NCBI GenBank assembly: GCA_951406725.2
Contig: OX597817.1
Location: forward strand, 32,984,001-33,048,000
Source of the DNA: Octopus vulgaris
Lineage: Eukaryota
DNA length: 64,000 bases
Direction of reading: 5' to 3'
The number at the start of each line of letters is the position of its first letter. Position 1 is the stretch's first letter. Shown piece by piece: positions 12,775 through 26,112 of this stretch. The notes beneath the pieces are model-generated. The model was given only the letters and a program-made list of their open reading frames with translations, did no database searches and was not told the origin of the DNA. A program made the position numbers and the translations under genes.

Positions 12775-13465
12775 GGAGGCTGGCTGGCAGAATTGTTAGT
12801 TCATCAGATAAAATGACTAAGTGGAATTTTTATGGGTTTTTAAAAAAAAACTTTCTGAGTTCAAATACTGCCATAGTCAACTTTGCCTTCCATTCTTTTG
12901 GGGTTGATAAAGTGCCAGTTAAATATTGGGGGAAGCCGTTGATGTAATTGACTAGACCCCTCCCCTCAAATTTCAGGCCTTGTGCCTATAGTAGAAAGAA
13001 TTATTATTCAGGTAGTGCATCTACAGAATTGTTTGAATGGTGCAGAAATGCAGTATTTGCCCCAGCTCTTTGTTCTGAATTCAAATCTTGTTGAAGTCAA
13101 CTTGTCTTGTCAGCCCTCTGGGTTCAATAAAATATGAGTCAAATATCGGGATTGTGGTTATCTTCTAATCCCCTACTCTCAAATTTACTGGCCTTGTGCC
13201 TAAACTGGAACCCATTATTGTTGTTATTACATGATAGACTAAGGTAGCGAGCTGGCAGAACTGTGAGTGCACTGGACAAAATGCTTAGTGGCATTTTATC
13301 TATGTTTATGTTCTGAGTTCAAATGCCACTGATGTCGACTTTGCCTTTCATTCTTTAGGGGTTGATAAAATAAGTACCAATTTTAAATGCTTGGGATCAA
13401 TATGATTGACTTAACCTCACCCCTAGAATTACTGGCCTTGTGCCAAAATTTGAAACCATTATTAT
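12775..13465 (+). mobile_element. Head-to-tail cluster of three SINE family A copies
   Basis: Three successive heads (ctggcagaa / ctacagaa) and tails (ggccttgtgcc) separated by TTA-rich linkers. Confidence 0.75.
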
Positions 13466-16073
13466 GTAGTGGATTAGTAAAGGTGTTGTTCTTAAGGCTC
13501 TTTATGTTTGGAGTTCAGATCCTGCTTTTCATTCTTTTGGTTAGTCCACATTACTCTGTAAGGACCAGTTTCTCTGGCTTATATATTCCTTTCTGGATGG
13601 GACACTGTTCTGTTGCAGTGTTACTCATTTTTACCAGCTGAGTGTACTGGAATTACATGGAGTAAAGTGTTTTGTTCAAGAACACAATGTATCACTTGGT
13701 TCAGTAATCAAAACCACAATCTTTTGATCATGAGTCTAACACCCTAACCACTAAGCCATGCACCCCAACCTTCCATTCTTTTTGGGTTGATAAAATTATC
13801 AGTCTAAATACCTGGATCGATGTTATCAACTCTCGGGGTGGTTGGCGTTAGGAAGGGCATCCAGCTGTAGAAACTCTGCCAGATCAAGATTGGAGCCTGG
13901 TGCAACCATCTGGTTCACCAGCCCTCAGTCAAAATCATCCAATCCATGCTAGCATTGAAAGCGGACGTTAAATGATGATGATGATGTTCCTCCTCTCAAA
14001 ATTTCTTGCCTTGTTCCTAAATTGGAAATTAGAATATTCTCAATGCATTTGTTACATAAATGTTAACAAATATAAAAACCAAGAGTAAGAATACCTCATC
14101 TTAAGCACCCATGCAGTGCTATATGAAAACACTCTTTACACTCTGTAAAGTGGTTGGCCTTTGGAAGGGTATCCAGCCAAAGACTGGAGTCTGGTGCTGC
14201 TCCCCGGCTTGTCAACTCTGGTCAAACCATTCAACTAGTGTCAGCATGGACAACAGACGTTAAATGATGATGATAAAGCTATATCCGTGATGCTGTAGAT
14301 TTATTATCTTGTTGGGGAGATACTTAGCTATCATATCTAATCATTTACCCAATTACACTAGTTAGGTTTCTTATGGAAACTCGTATAGAGTTTCTGTTAT
14401 TCAATATCAGAAAAGCAGACCATTCCAATTTGTTAGGCAATTAATTACGAAAATGTTTTTTGTAAGATATAATTTGAAATATTTTTATATTCTCATCCTT
14501 TACGGTTTTTGTTTTCTACTTCAACAAGCTTATGCTCAGTCAGAAGGGAAAGCAAAGAACAACATATTTAAGCTGGAATTGTTCTGAAGACTACATTCAT
14601 ATAACTTAAATGTAAACATGGACATTCGATAGGTAAGATATAAACAAAAAAAAAAAGCAATAAAACAAGCATGGGAGGTTAGGATAGTTTGTGTATTTAC
14701 CATAGAACTTGTAAATTAACTGAGGAAGGTTCAAACATTCTCTGGAACAAAAAAAAAAAATCAAAGATCATTTAAGTCAATTGAAGAATTTTTGGAATTA
14801 TGTTTTTATCTGTTATATCATTTTTATTAATGCTGATAACTGATATCTTTTTTTTTTTTTTTTTTTTTTTGGATTTACCATTATTGAGCTGTTTTCCTGG
14901 CAAAGTGCCATTATAAAAAAAATGTTACAGGAATTCTCCCTAATATGCCACTCATTTGAATTATTGAAAGTATGAGGACTCATTATACAGTCCTCTCTCC
15001 TCCCTTTCTTCTTCTTCACCTCCTTTTTCTCTTTTCCTTCTCACCTTTTTCTTTCTGTTGCTTTTCCTCCTCCTCACTTTCCCATTCCTTTTGCTTTTTC
15101 TACCCCCCTTTCTTCCTCTCCTCCTCCAAAGTGGTGGCGGGGAATCAACCTGATAGGATATTTTTTTAAACTGAACTATTTTATGGTTACCAGCATTACT
15201 AGCTTCTATTCGTTTATTTATTTACCTTTTGTTGGTTTCATGACTTTTTTTTACTATTTTGCTTCTTGTCAGCTTGGAATTTATTAAAATGCATGGGATT
15301 CGCTAAAAATATTTTTCCATTCAGCTTTCTCAGCATCTATTTTAAAAAAAAAAAATTCATATATACGATTGGCATGTTTTATATCTCTCAGTTCTGACAG
15401 GAACCTGAGATAAGCTTTCATTTCTGCATATCAAACACTGAAATCTCGCCAAGCTTTTTAATTCGTTACAAATAGAAACGATTAAAATCAGTCCTCTTGT
15501 GAAACCTAGTACGCTGTTAAAGTACTTGTGACGACCAATTTCTTTATCATGTTTTATTATTTTCTGATCGAAAATTTTAATTCATACTGTAAGCAACGTT
15601 ACCTTAAGTTCAACGTATCCTAATGCATCTTCTTGCTTTATTTAAGCCTTATATTGTTTCATCAGTTCGCACCACGTTGTTATGTACGTAAATATTTTAT
15701 AATCTCTTATGTGTGTTTATCTCTCAGAATTCTCTTGAACTCGCTTTTATCTCTATTTTATAATCTGAGATTATAAAATACAACCTATCATTAGATATTG
15801 ATGCGTGAGGAGTTCGTTTGGTCCTGCAGTTTCACACCCCACCTATCTCTCTCGTTGGTCTACAAAGAAATGTGTAATCTGAAGGGCTTTTAAAACAATT
15901 AAGAGGCTTCTTTAAAGTTAATGGGAAAGAAGAGTATCATAGTCGTTGTTACCGGATTCTGTCATCGTTTGCTGTCAAGGTTTTTAGTCTCGGCCATTTG
16001 TCACTAACAATCTGGGTCACCTTATGACATTAGATTGTCACAACGCGTCACTGTCTAAGTTGATGATTGACAA

Positions 16074-16081
16074 TGACGTCA
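16074..16081. promoter_or_regulatory. Perfect CRE palindrome TGACGTCA (CREB/ATF site)
   Basis: Exact consensus match. Function is inferred from the CpG-island context. Confidence 0.5.
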
Positions 16082-16511
16082 CAACTATCACACTTGTCTC
16101 CTGTCGCGGTGGTAGTTTTATGTAATTTTCTTGAGTAAAAAAATATTTTACATTACCTACTAAGAGAAACTTACCGGTTACGGGCCATCATCACGGTCCC
16201 GTTATCGTGACCGATGTCCTCCTCGTTATAAAAAATATATATGTATATATATCCCAGAACAATTAAAAATGTGTGTAGTTTAGTTTAATGTTCTTCATTG
16301 TTCTGGGAGAGGGGAAGCAGTTCGAAGTAAGCTGATGCCATATCAAAGGGAAATAGAGCACGAGAATTACTAACCTCGTTCTCCCCCCCTCTCTCTCTAA
16401 TTATGGAAGTAGAAATATTGTTTGACTAAACTTGCTTTGTGTTTTACTCCACTATATAAACTCCCACCTCATCTTATACCCTGCTTGATTAATTTTTTTT
16501 ATGACAAAAGC

Positions 16512-16519
16512 TGACGTCA
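16512..16519. promoter_or_regulatory. Perfect CRE palindrome TGACGTCA (CREB/ATF site)
   Basis: Exact consensus match; second copy in the same island. Confidence 0.5.
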
Positions 16520-18672
16520 TCGAGTTAGCGTTTGGCTATCCGATGCGCTGATGTGTGAAAGCTATCAGCCTTGACTAATATTGGCGAACTTAGGACTCTA
16601 TACCAGTTCTGTCAGTTCCGTTTCGGAGCCTTTTTTTTTATTTATTAAATTTCTTTTTTTAATATTCTATTTTTAATTCCTTTCTGTCATTTGAATGTAC
16701 ACAATCGTAGTTATCATCAGTATTAGTGTCTTCTATACGGAAGTCATATTTTTAAACCTATTTAATTTTTTAATATTTTTTGTTTTGTATTATTACAAAG
16801 CTTTGTTTGTGCCAATTTTAATTATGCTATTGTTTCGCTATCACTTTCCAGTGCAGTCTTTTTGTCTAGGTGGTGATGTAGTTCTAAAATGTTACAGTAC
16901 AGTTCTTAGTTGACAAATACTTGAACAACACCATTACCTCATTCTAGATTTAATGAACTAATCTTTCACTAACATAGGTATTAGTTAAAAAAAAAGAAGA
17001 AAAGAAAACCCCAAATAAAACAAAACCTATATCTATATATATTTAAAGAAACACATGTAAACTTATATATATATATATATATATATATACACAAACGTGT
17101 AAATCTCCCTCCCTTTGTAGATTATTTTGTCTGGAAATGAAAATAATATAGTGATAAGGTTTATGAAATATTATTCTTATTTATGCCCCTCCCCCACTTT
17201 TTGGAGTCAAACACCAGACTTTAAGGTACCAGTTTTAACATGTATATTTTCATTCCAGTTATGAATAATGAAACTGAAAATGAAAGTTAAACGTCAACTT
17301 TGAAATGGACCTGTTATGGGCTAGAGACTTTAGATTATTGGTTCCTTCTGTGAATCTACAATAACAAAAAGCAATCTAGATAAGTGTGGGGGATGGTAAA
17401 ATATGTTAAATCATTCGACTTTCTTCCTATTAGTCACTTTGCATCCATAATGAAATTTTGTGATGGTGATGATGTTTCTTTTAAACTAAACAACAGAAAT
17501 AACTTGTGTACATTCATGCTATTTCTCCATTGTCGTTAGAATTATTATTTTTTGTTTTGCTTTGGTGGGGGTTATTCTGTAGTAGAAGTGGGTTCCATTA
17601 AAGTTTTACCTATTTATTACTTTACATTTCTATTAGTTTTTCCCTTAATTTTTTTTGTGTGCATGACTGCTTTCATGTGTGTGAATGAATGCACCAAACT
17701 TGAATTGTGTTAGGGTTGAGTGCATGTTCCCCTGTCTACTAACTTTCATATAAAACTGACATATTTCATATATAACAGTTGACTAAGGATTATAAAGATT
17801 ACCAATGAGCCTAATTTCTAAAGAATTTCTATTAAATTTTATTATTGCTAATTTTCTTTTCAATAAACACATTCCATAGAAAGCAACTGGAGTTTTGGAA
17901 TAACTTTCTAAAAGTGTCTATAAATCAGGAATCTTCTTGTTGATTTCAAACTTAATAATGGATAAGTGTTTTCTTATCAGTAAACACTCATTTTTGTTTG
18001 AGTAAAGCTAAATATTCATATAATTTATCTTATTTCATTAATGGACTTAGTGTTCTTAAATAATGATTTCTTTAATGAAGGGGAAACAGACATGCTAAGA
18101 TATTCTGTTTTTGTTAATAAACAGATTACCAAACCCACAATCAAAAGTTAAACAATATTTGCTGTCTGATTAATTCCTTTTTCTTTTAAAGGCAATCAGC
18201 TAGTAAGAGACTTGCACCTGGAATGACAAAAATGAAGGGAGATTTTGTAACATAAAACTTATAAGATTGATTTAGCACATGAAATTTGGAAAATTAATCA
18301 CAGTACACTCAGGAGGTATGAATGTCTGGTATGGCCATATAATGTATGTGTGCTTGTGTTTGGTGAATATTAAATGGATAAAGCACCGTTAGTTCATGAA
18401 AGAGAAGAGCAGAGAGAGAGAGAGAGTGGATAAAGTGAAGAAATTCGGTCTTATAGATGAGATAATTCAAGATACACATGAGAGATATGGTCTTGTGCAA
18501 ACTTGACTAATAGATTCCAGATGATTAAGTTGATCATTGAATAGTTACCTTCTTTACAACTTGGAAACACCAATGTTTTAGAAGGTTCTTTAAAGTCTTT
18601 TATTGAATTTTGTCATTAAATATTAACCTGTTGCCTTCAACATTCTTGTCATTTATGTTGATTATCATTTAA

Positions 18673-18892
18673 CCCTTTTGTTACCAACCCAGCTGAAACC
18701 GGCTCTGGCTCTGAGTACGAATGTCTTGTTTTCATAAGTTTTGTATTAATATCTTCCACCGAACCTTAGTCACAATTTATGTACTTAACATTTGCTTAAT
18801 TATAACTAAGTTATTTTACTAAATTCTTTGTTATATTTAAAGTAATTGAAAGAAACAGAGAGCATCTGAAAATAAATACAGTAACGAAAGGG
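18673..18892 (+). mobile_element. TTAA-specific (piggyBac-type) MITE, copy 1
   Basis: ttaa|CCCTTTTGTTAC...GTAACGAAAGGG termini; body shared with the copies at 19649 and 22093. Confidence 0.8.
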
Positions 18893-19399
18893 TTTGTTAT
18901 TCATTGAGCTTGTCAGCTCTTGTTGAACTGTCCAACCCATGCCAGCATGGAAAGCAGACTTTGAATGATGATGACTGACAGCGTTATATTAATCAAGATA
19001 CTGATGAGACTAATGTGAGAAATAGAATAGGAATTTCCTTCAAATCACATTCAGCTGTCTGAGAAGAGTAAGACATCAGGCACGACGCTAAGTACACTGG
19101 CTTGGAAAAATACAGGAATTTTATAGTTGGAATGCTGTTGATCATGGACCTTTATTGGAAATGACCTGGAGTTAAATATTGTAATGACTGAGGCGAGAAG
19201 TCTAAATCAGTGTTTGTCATATTCCATGTGCTACTACTGAAGACCTTTAGTGCTCTTTTTTTTTTTTTTGACCAAGTGGAGAGAAATTGAATCTTTCTGT
19301 AATTTAAGAGTTTTTTTTTTTTGTTGAGTTAAGCAGTGATATTTACAACAGCTGTTTATGATAAATACTTCTGTCATGTCTGTGGGGCCCATTTTAAAA

Positions 19400-19632
19400 A
19401 TATTTCTTTTGAAATTTGAATTTTTAAGAAATATCTTTAAACTCTTTTGTTATCATATTTCTGTGGAAACTGTTGAAAATAATGAAGAATTTAGTAAAAT
19501 AACTTTGTCATCATTAAACTGGTGTTTGGAACATAAATGAAGATGAAATTTTGATGCAAGGCTTTTAGATCATTTAAAAACAGGAAGTTGGCATCATGGA
19601 ACCAGTGGTGATCTCAGTGGTAACAAAAGGTG
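19400..19632 (-). mobile_element. Diverged, inverted relative of the TTAA MITE
   Basis: gaatttagtaaaataact..ggaacataaat is the reverse complement of the MITE core; ends ggtaacaaaaggtg|ttaa. Confidence 0.5.
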
Positions 19633-19648
19633 TTAATGAATAGATGTG

Positions 19649-19846
19649 CCAACCCTTTCTGGTTCTGAATACAAATGTCTTTTTTTCATAAGTTGTGAAT
19701 TAAAATCTTCCACCAAACCTTAGTCACAATTTATGTTCCTAACACTAGCTTAATGATAACTAAGTTATTTTACTAAATTCTTTGTTATATTTAAAGTAAC
19801 TGAAAGAAACACAGAGCATCTCAACAGAAATACAGTAACAAAAGGG
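19649..19846 (+). mobile_element. TTAA MITE, copy 2 (left end damaged)
   Basis: Body nearly identical to copy 1; ends gtaacaaaaGGG|ttaa. Confidence 0.8.
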
Positions 19847-19869
19847 TTAAGAGACTTTAATGATAAGGG

Positions 19870-20400
19870 GATAGGCTATCTGGAAGTTGGTTTAATTCAG
19901 CAATGAGGTAGTTTTAGAGGGATGCAGTTTTTTTTTCTTTTTTTAAGTAAAATAGATTATTGTTGTACAAATAGATTATTGTTGAGAATGAGATAAAGTA
20001 TATTGGTCGTGAATATCTATTGTAGGGAATGATAAATGAATGATTGATGGTAAGAAAAGTATCAAGTGTAATAGTTTAAAAGTTAATTAGAAGCTGTATA
20101 GAACAAGTTTAGTGGAACAGTAGTAAGTTTTGTTGTACTGACATAAGAAATAAATGTACAATAGGTTCATAGGTTTGTCATTAGAAACAGTTAAGGGAAA
20201 TGGACTTGTTTATGAGGTAGATGACTTTTTCTGAGATATGATCTAATATTCTGATCACTGGTGTGAGTGTACCATTTTAGATATACCTGCAGTATGTCAT
20301 GGATTTGGCATTTATGAAACTATTTTGAAGACGGAAGGATGTAATGACTTTGAAGAAGTTCAACCTTTCTGATTAATAACTTGGATTATTCTGATTATAC
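19870..20400 (-). mobile_element. Possible very decayed Penelope-type RT remnant
   Basis: Faint minus-strand motifs (PKIH-like, GTLT, ILDHI, ILNNN) in plausible order, with many frameshifts. Confidence 0.25.
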
Positions 20401-22092
20401 ATTTTTTAGATGTCAAAACTTTGTAGGAATAAAACCTTGGGTTACATACCTTTTGTTCTGTGTATTAGCGTTTCTTAACTAATTATGCTACAATGGTCAA
20501 TATATGAATATTTCTGTAGATTTTATCACTTACATTCCTTTTCAGTATATTGACTATCCTCTGATAAAATCAACTTAAATCCACATGGAAACACTTGAAA
20601 CAATCTTTAAATAGATTTACATGGCAAATGTTTTCATAGACACACAAGTCAGTTGACCAGTAAGCCAGTTATTTGCAGTCATTTTTTTTGTATAATACTG
20701 CTTGGTAATAATTGTCTAAATTTCCATATGGTAATTAATCAGGTAATCTCTTATACTTTCATTAATGTTCACATAAGAATTCTAAGTGTATTTAGGGTAA
20801 GCATTCTTAATTTTCTTTTCTTTTTAAAACTAAGTCTTTCTCCAGTCTGCTGGTAAAAAATTTGACACCAGTTTTGTAATTAATACTTGTAGTAATACTT
20901 TATTTCTCATTTTGATATTTGAGCAATAATTTTAAATTTACAAGCTTTCTGTCATTTAAGAGTTTTTCTCTTTTTTTTTTGGTAAAAATGTAAGTTAAAT
21001 GTTTACATTACTGAAGGAGAATTTGCTAGCAGAGGACAAGAATTTATGACAGTCTTATATAATTAAGTACAATTTAATGTTTTCTGTTATTAAAGCTAAT
21101 TAATTTTCAATTCTTCCTTCATTCAGCAGGCAAGTTATATATAACATTTTTTTGATTAGCCTACTTTAGATGAATTCAAAGAATGGTATGAAATTTAATT
21201 TCAAGAATGTAGCTTGTTTCAGTATCATTTTTCTAGGATTAGGCACTGTGTGTTTATAACATTTTGATTTAGAATGGAGAAAAAGATTTCTAAATTAGCT
21301 GGTTTTTAAAATATTAAATTTATAGTAATTAATGCTATCGATAAATGGTTCATCTGTATGTAATAATTCTATTTTGTAGATTATTTGTATCACTACCCTT
21401 TCCCTTATTTGATGAGCCATATTTTTGCCTTTTTTGGAGTTATAAAACGATTGATGTACTGGAGGATCGAGAAATCTTCATTTTCCTCACATCCCTACTC
21501 CCTTCCATTCCTGGAAGGTCTGAGTCATCCATTGGTTAATGTGTGCATGTCCTCCCTCTCTTTATTCACCTCCCTTTCTTCCTCCTCCTCCTTCTGTCAG
21601 CTTTTTTGTTTCTCACTCTTCTCTTTTACTCATCCACCTCCATGTGCCAAAGGTATACTGAATCATTTCAGCAGCTGTTAGATAGTAAATCTATTGCTCT
21701 TGTTGCCCAAACAGCAGGCATAATTCATCTGTCTTTTACTTGTTCTCTTATGTGTCTCTTATAAAGAAGAAAATCTGTGCTAAAACCTGCTATTCTATTC
21801 ATTACATAATATTTTCTCAATTCTACCTCTTGAACTTTTATTTGCTTAACAACAATGTTGAATGTAGACCTATTGCCTTGACCTGAACAGACATCTAATT
21901 GTTCTGTCATAATTGTATTTCATGTAGAATAAACTGGAATGAATTAATGTTAATTTAGAAGCTGATTACTACTGTTTCTTCCTTATCATGCATTGACGCT
22001 ACCATATTCTATTTCAAACAGCAGCTTTTCAAGTGTTTTCTTATATTTCAGTATCATCTTAAGGCGTACCCCCTTCCCTTATTCACTATTAA

Positions 22093-22320
22093 CCCTTTCG
22101 TTACCAACCCGGCTGAAACCGGCTCTGGCTCTTTAGTATAAATGTCTTGTTTTCATAAGTTTTGAATTCAAAATTTCCACCAAATCTTAGTCACAATTTA
22201 TGTTCCTAACACTAGCTCAATGATAACGATGTTCATCATCATCATACTAAATTCTTTCTTATATTTAAAATAATTGGAAGCAACACAGAGCATCTCAAAA
22301 TAAATACAGTAACGAAAGCG
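22093..22320 (+). mobile_element. TTAA MITE, copy 3
   Basis: ttaa|CCCTTTCGTTAC...GTAACGAAAGCG|ttaa, with the TTAA duplication intact on both sides. Confidence 0.85.
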
Positions 22321-22659
22321 TTAAAGGGATGTACTCATTGTTTTACAAGTTTTTAAAATTTTTTTGGTTTTTACAACACTTTAACTTTTATTTGATTGTT
22401 AGGTCATTTTGTTCTTAGGTAAGAGGATCATTTAATTTTCACACTGAAGTCTGTTATTCACAGCTTCTTAGTTTGCAACCAAATTCACCACTGTGTTTTT
22501 GCTGTTGGGGAAATAATATAATTGATTAACCGTATTCAGAAAGAAGTGCAAAGCCAGTGACTAAACATCATTTTTCAACTGATAGACAAACATGCTATAC
22601 ATATTACTGCCAGGTTTTATGCTAATTAGAATAAAACTAATCATTCTGTTAAATAAATA

Positions 22660-23036
22660 TATGCATAAATGGCTGTGTGGTTAAAAAGCTTGTTTCGCAA
22701 CCGTGTGATTTTGGGTTCTGTCCCACTGTGCGGTACCTTGAGCAAGTGTCTTGTACTATAGCCCCAGGATAACCAATGCCTTGTGGGCGAATTTCATAAA
22801 CAGAAACTATGGAGGCTCTGTTTTTTGTGTATGTGTCTCCCCACCCCCACTGCCTGACAACTGATATTGGTTTGTTTATGTCCCCTTAATCTAACAGTTC
22901 AGCAAAAGGTCTGATAGAAGTGCTAGACTTAAACAAAAGCAAAATAAACTACTTTGGTTGGTTTGTTTGACTAAAACCCTTCAAGGTGGTGCTTTAACTT
23001 GGTTGCAGTTCAGTGACTGAAACAAAAGGTAAGATA
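22660..23036 (+). mobile_element. SINE family B, older copy
   Basis: Similar head, CORE-like segment and tail. Confidence 0.7.
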
Positions 23037-24884
23037 ACTAAATGTACAGCCATATGTATTTGGTTTAACTGTGAAATTAAGACTCATTTAAGGGCTTTGT
23101 GGCAGCTTGTGTTGAGTGTCAAACCAAAGAGATTACAAGTATGGGATATACTTCAGTAACTCTCCATTCTGTTATGTTGGGTAAAACTGGAAGAAGAGAG
23201 GGTGACCTCCCTTTGCAAATACCTAATGGGCACAGAAAGTGTGTCTAAAGCCAGCTGGAGACGATGATCTCCTGGGGCTAAAAGCTACAGTAACACCCAC
23301 CCTTAGTGGTTAGCCATATTGAGATGGCTAGTATACTTTACAGTTACCTTTCTTTTGAATTTATTCCTCTTCCACTCTGTAAGTCTGTGTTTTCTTATCT
23401 GTTAATCTTATTGCAATTATAAAACATACTGACTGTATAAACTTCCTTCCTTAAACCTATTTATTTGACTTGACACTTCATGGTTTTAAAAAGGAGGGAA
23501 AAATAAATAAAACAACTCATATTAAAGTTATTGTTTGCTCTTATGAATAAATCTAATCTTCCCAGCCCTATTTTTGAAACACATAATGTCTTGAAGGTGC
23601 TGCTATGTAAACCTCATGTTTAAAACCTTAATTATTATTTGATGACACTTGTAAATTAAAATATAACTAAATATAAAAAAATATATAATGGTGATGATGT
23701 TATGTAGAAGTCATTGACATATCTAGGACAAATATCATATACCAGGCTGTCTGACTACTTGAAATTTTTAATTACAAGACCTGACTAAATGATCTTATGT
23801 AAATTTACTCATCCGTATTAAAATCATTTCTCCACCAGCTCTCTTTTCATTTCTTTTTATCATTTTAAAAAAAATCATTTTTTCCCCAATTTAAATTTTT
23901 GAATTTGATATTGTTTCATTTTCCCTTCTCTTTCCTTCCAATCCATCTTGGATTGGGAATAAAAGAAATTTCAATATAGTTTATTTTCAAAAGTAACTTT
24001 TATTATTGACTCTTTCAGTTGATTACTTTATCAGTTCAATCTATAAAGTGGCAAAATAGAAATGAGCAGATGTTTAACAGACAGGTTGCTTTATAGATAT
24101 ATTATAATAAATGTGGTTTGTGTATTCTGGCATGTAAGATATTTATCAAAGTACTTCCTACAGTTTCTATCCGCTCAAACAAATATAAATTAAACTGAGC
24201 ATTCTTTTCAGCCAATTTTGTGTACTGTTGATAAATATGGCTCATATGTTTATACCCCTCCCGCTTTCTTTCTCCCCATTTCTCTCTTACTCATACACAT
24301 ATATGCTTGTGTGTGTATACAAATATTTCTGAAGGGTATGGTGGCTGGGAAGGTATTGCATTCTAGACGCAACAAATACCAGATTAGATGATGAATCATC
24401 AAGAAGCAGTAAATCTGCTGAAAGAACCATCGTAAAAACATTGCACATTTTAGCAAAATCCATTAATATCTAACATATGAATGCCTGTCAAATTGTGTGA
24501 TAAATGTATTTTTTTAAATTGTATATCTGCTCGTTATCTATTCATTTGTTATGAATTTAACACTCATTAATCTAAAATCAATGAGTGTTAACATATTCAG
24601 ACTGTAAAATGGTATCCTAAGTTGCTTGATTACTATCATATATATTGCATCAAAACCGAATTCAATCTCTCTGAGAGGAGGCTTCAATGATGTATAATAT
24701 ATTAATACTGATATTCTGTAGAAGTATTTCGTAGAATTTACATCATAAAATAAATTCCTTTTGGGAACATGTCCTTATTTAGATATTTTCATGTAAATTT
24801 TTCCTTCCCTGTATTTGAGAATATCAAAACTGTATTCTGAGAGCTTGAAACAGGAGATTTAAATAGTAATAACAACAGCAATAA

Positions 24885-25055
24885 TAATTTCAAAATTTGA
24901 CACAAGGTCAGTAATTTTGAGGAGGGATAAGTCAATTACATTGACAAGGCAAAGTTGACCTTGGCAGAATTTGAACTCAGAAAGTAAAGACAGATGAAAT
25001 GCTGCTAATTATTTTGCCTGGCATGCTAATGATTCTGACAGCTTGCCGCCTTTAA
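24885..25055 (-). mobile_element. SINE family A
   Basis: Reverse complement of the family A consensus, flanked by (AAT)n. Confidence 0.7.
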
Positions 25056-25720
25056 ATAATAATGATAATAAACTGGTCTTGTAAGCTAAGTGAATAATTC
25101 TTGCTTTAAGGATACAATATGATGATGATGATGGTGGTAGTCGTATTAGTTAGAGCTGGTCAGATGGATATTGAGTAATTGGTTATGAATTCACATTTTG
25201 TTTTAGATTTCATTATGTCACTGTACTATTCTTTGTTGTGAAGTGAATGTGGAATATATTACTATGCTTTTCATGAATCTAGCTGGTATGATATTGAGAA
25301 GGAAAGAAAGAGAGAGAAAGAGAAAGATTTGGCGCCATTGTATTATATGACATTGCCTAATGTAAAGAGCAAGGGATTCAGTTTTCTTGGGTTGTAATTG
25401 TACTAGTTACAACAGCATTACCAAGTATTCAGTTACACTTGTTTAGAGTATTACAGAATTAAACCGACTCATGCTGTGATCTGAGAATCTCAAAATATAT
25501 CAGTAATAATCCTATTAGGTTAATAATGATTTTATGTTGTGATAAAATACCAAAGCACTATTAATGTGTGATTGAACAGTTGTAATTCGAATGTATCTTG
25601 TTAGTAGTTGTGATAGCTAAATAGGTAATGCTTAATGCATTTGAGCATTTGATACAACCTATGTTTCATAGCGGTTATGAGTGCTGCTGCTCTACCATAG
25701 ACATTATTATTATTATTATT

Positions 25721-26070
25721 TATTGTGTTTGTGCAGCTTCTATTGCTGGAGATGTACTTCAGTGCCAGTTGTTCACTACCAGTGAACTAAGGTAACACTC
25801 CTTATTTTTCGAGCACCATCTAGAGTATTCAAGCGGTTCCAAGCAGTGCTGTTTTCTGTAAGTGCTCTGCCCTTATTGCAGCCCCTATTTGTTCCATGTA
25901 CGTCTCAAAATTTTTACTCAGTTCCCAGGGTTCTGACAATTATTGGTACTACTACCACCTTTTTCATCGACCACAACTACTTAACCTCCCAAGCTAACCT
26001 GTCATATCTATTGACTTTTCTTTCTTCCTTATCGCATGCCTTGTCAGCTGGGCATGATATATCTATAATC

Positions 26071-26072
<2 letters not shown>
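25721..26072 (-). mobile_element. 5'-truncated R4/Dong-type non-LTR retrotransposon (restriction-like endonuclease C-terminus plus 3' UTR) in a TAA microsatellite
   Basis: Minus strand reads WIIDISCPADKACDKEERKVNRYDRLAWEVK*LWSMKKVVVVPIIVRTLG..HLQKTALLGTA*IL*MVLEK*. Flanked on both sides by (TTA/TAA)n. Confidence 0.8.

Positions 26073-26112
<40 letters not shown>

Larger units (their letters stand above)
15440..16740. promoter_or_regulatory. CpG-retaining, transposon-free intronic island; candidate internal promoter or enhancer
   Basis: Many CpGs compared with flanking DNA, and no recognisable SINE. Two TGACGTCA palindromes, a CGTCA half-site at 16046, TATATAAA at 16453, and a TCAGTT Inr-like motif at 16612. 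Confidence 0.55.

Noticed and set aside
16288-16326. Possible coding first exon MFFIVLGEGKQFE followed by gtaagc inside the CpG island
   Set aside because: Ends in phase 0 whereas the next clear exon (37442) needs phase 2; no recognisable similarity. It could only be non-coding or skip that exon, and nothing supports either.
24388-24432. Peptide MMNHQEAVNLLKEPS resembling a PDZ alpha-B helix
   Set aside because: Bounded by stops, no good splice sites, and in the wrong position for the RAPGEF2 PDZ domain, which lies downstream of the window's exons.
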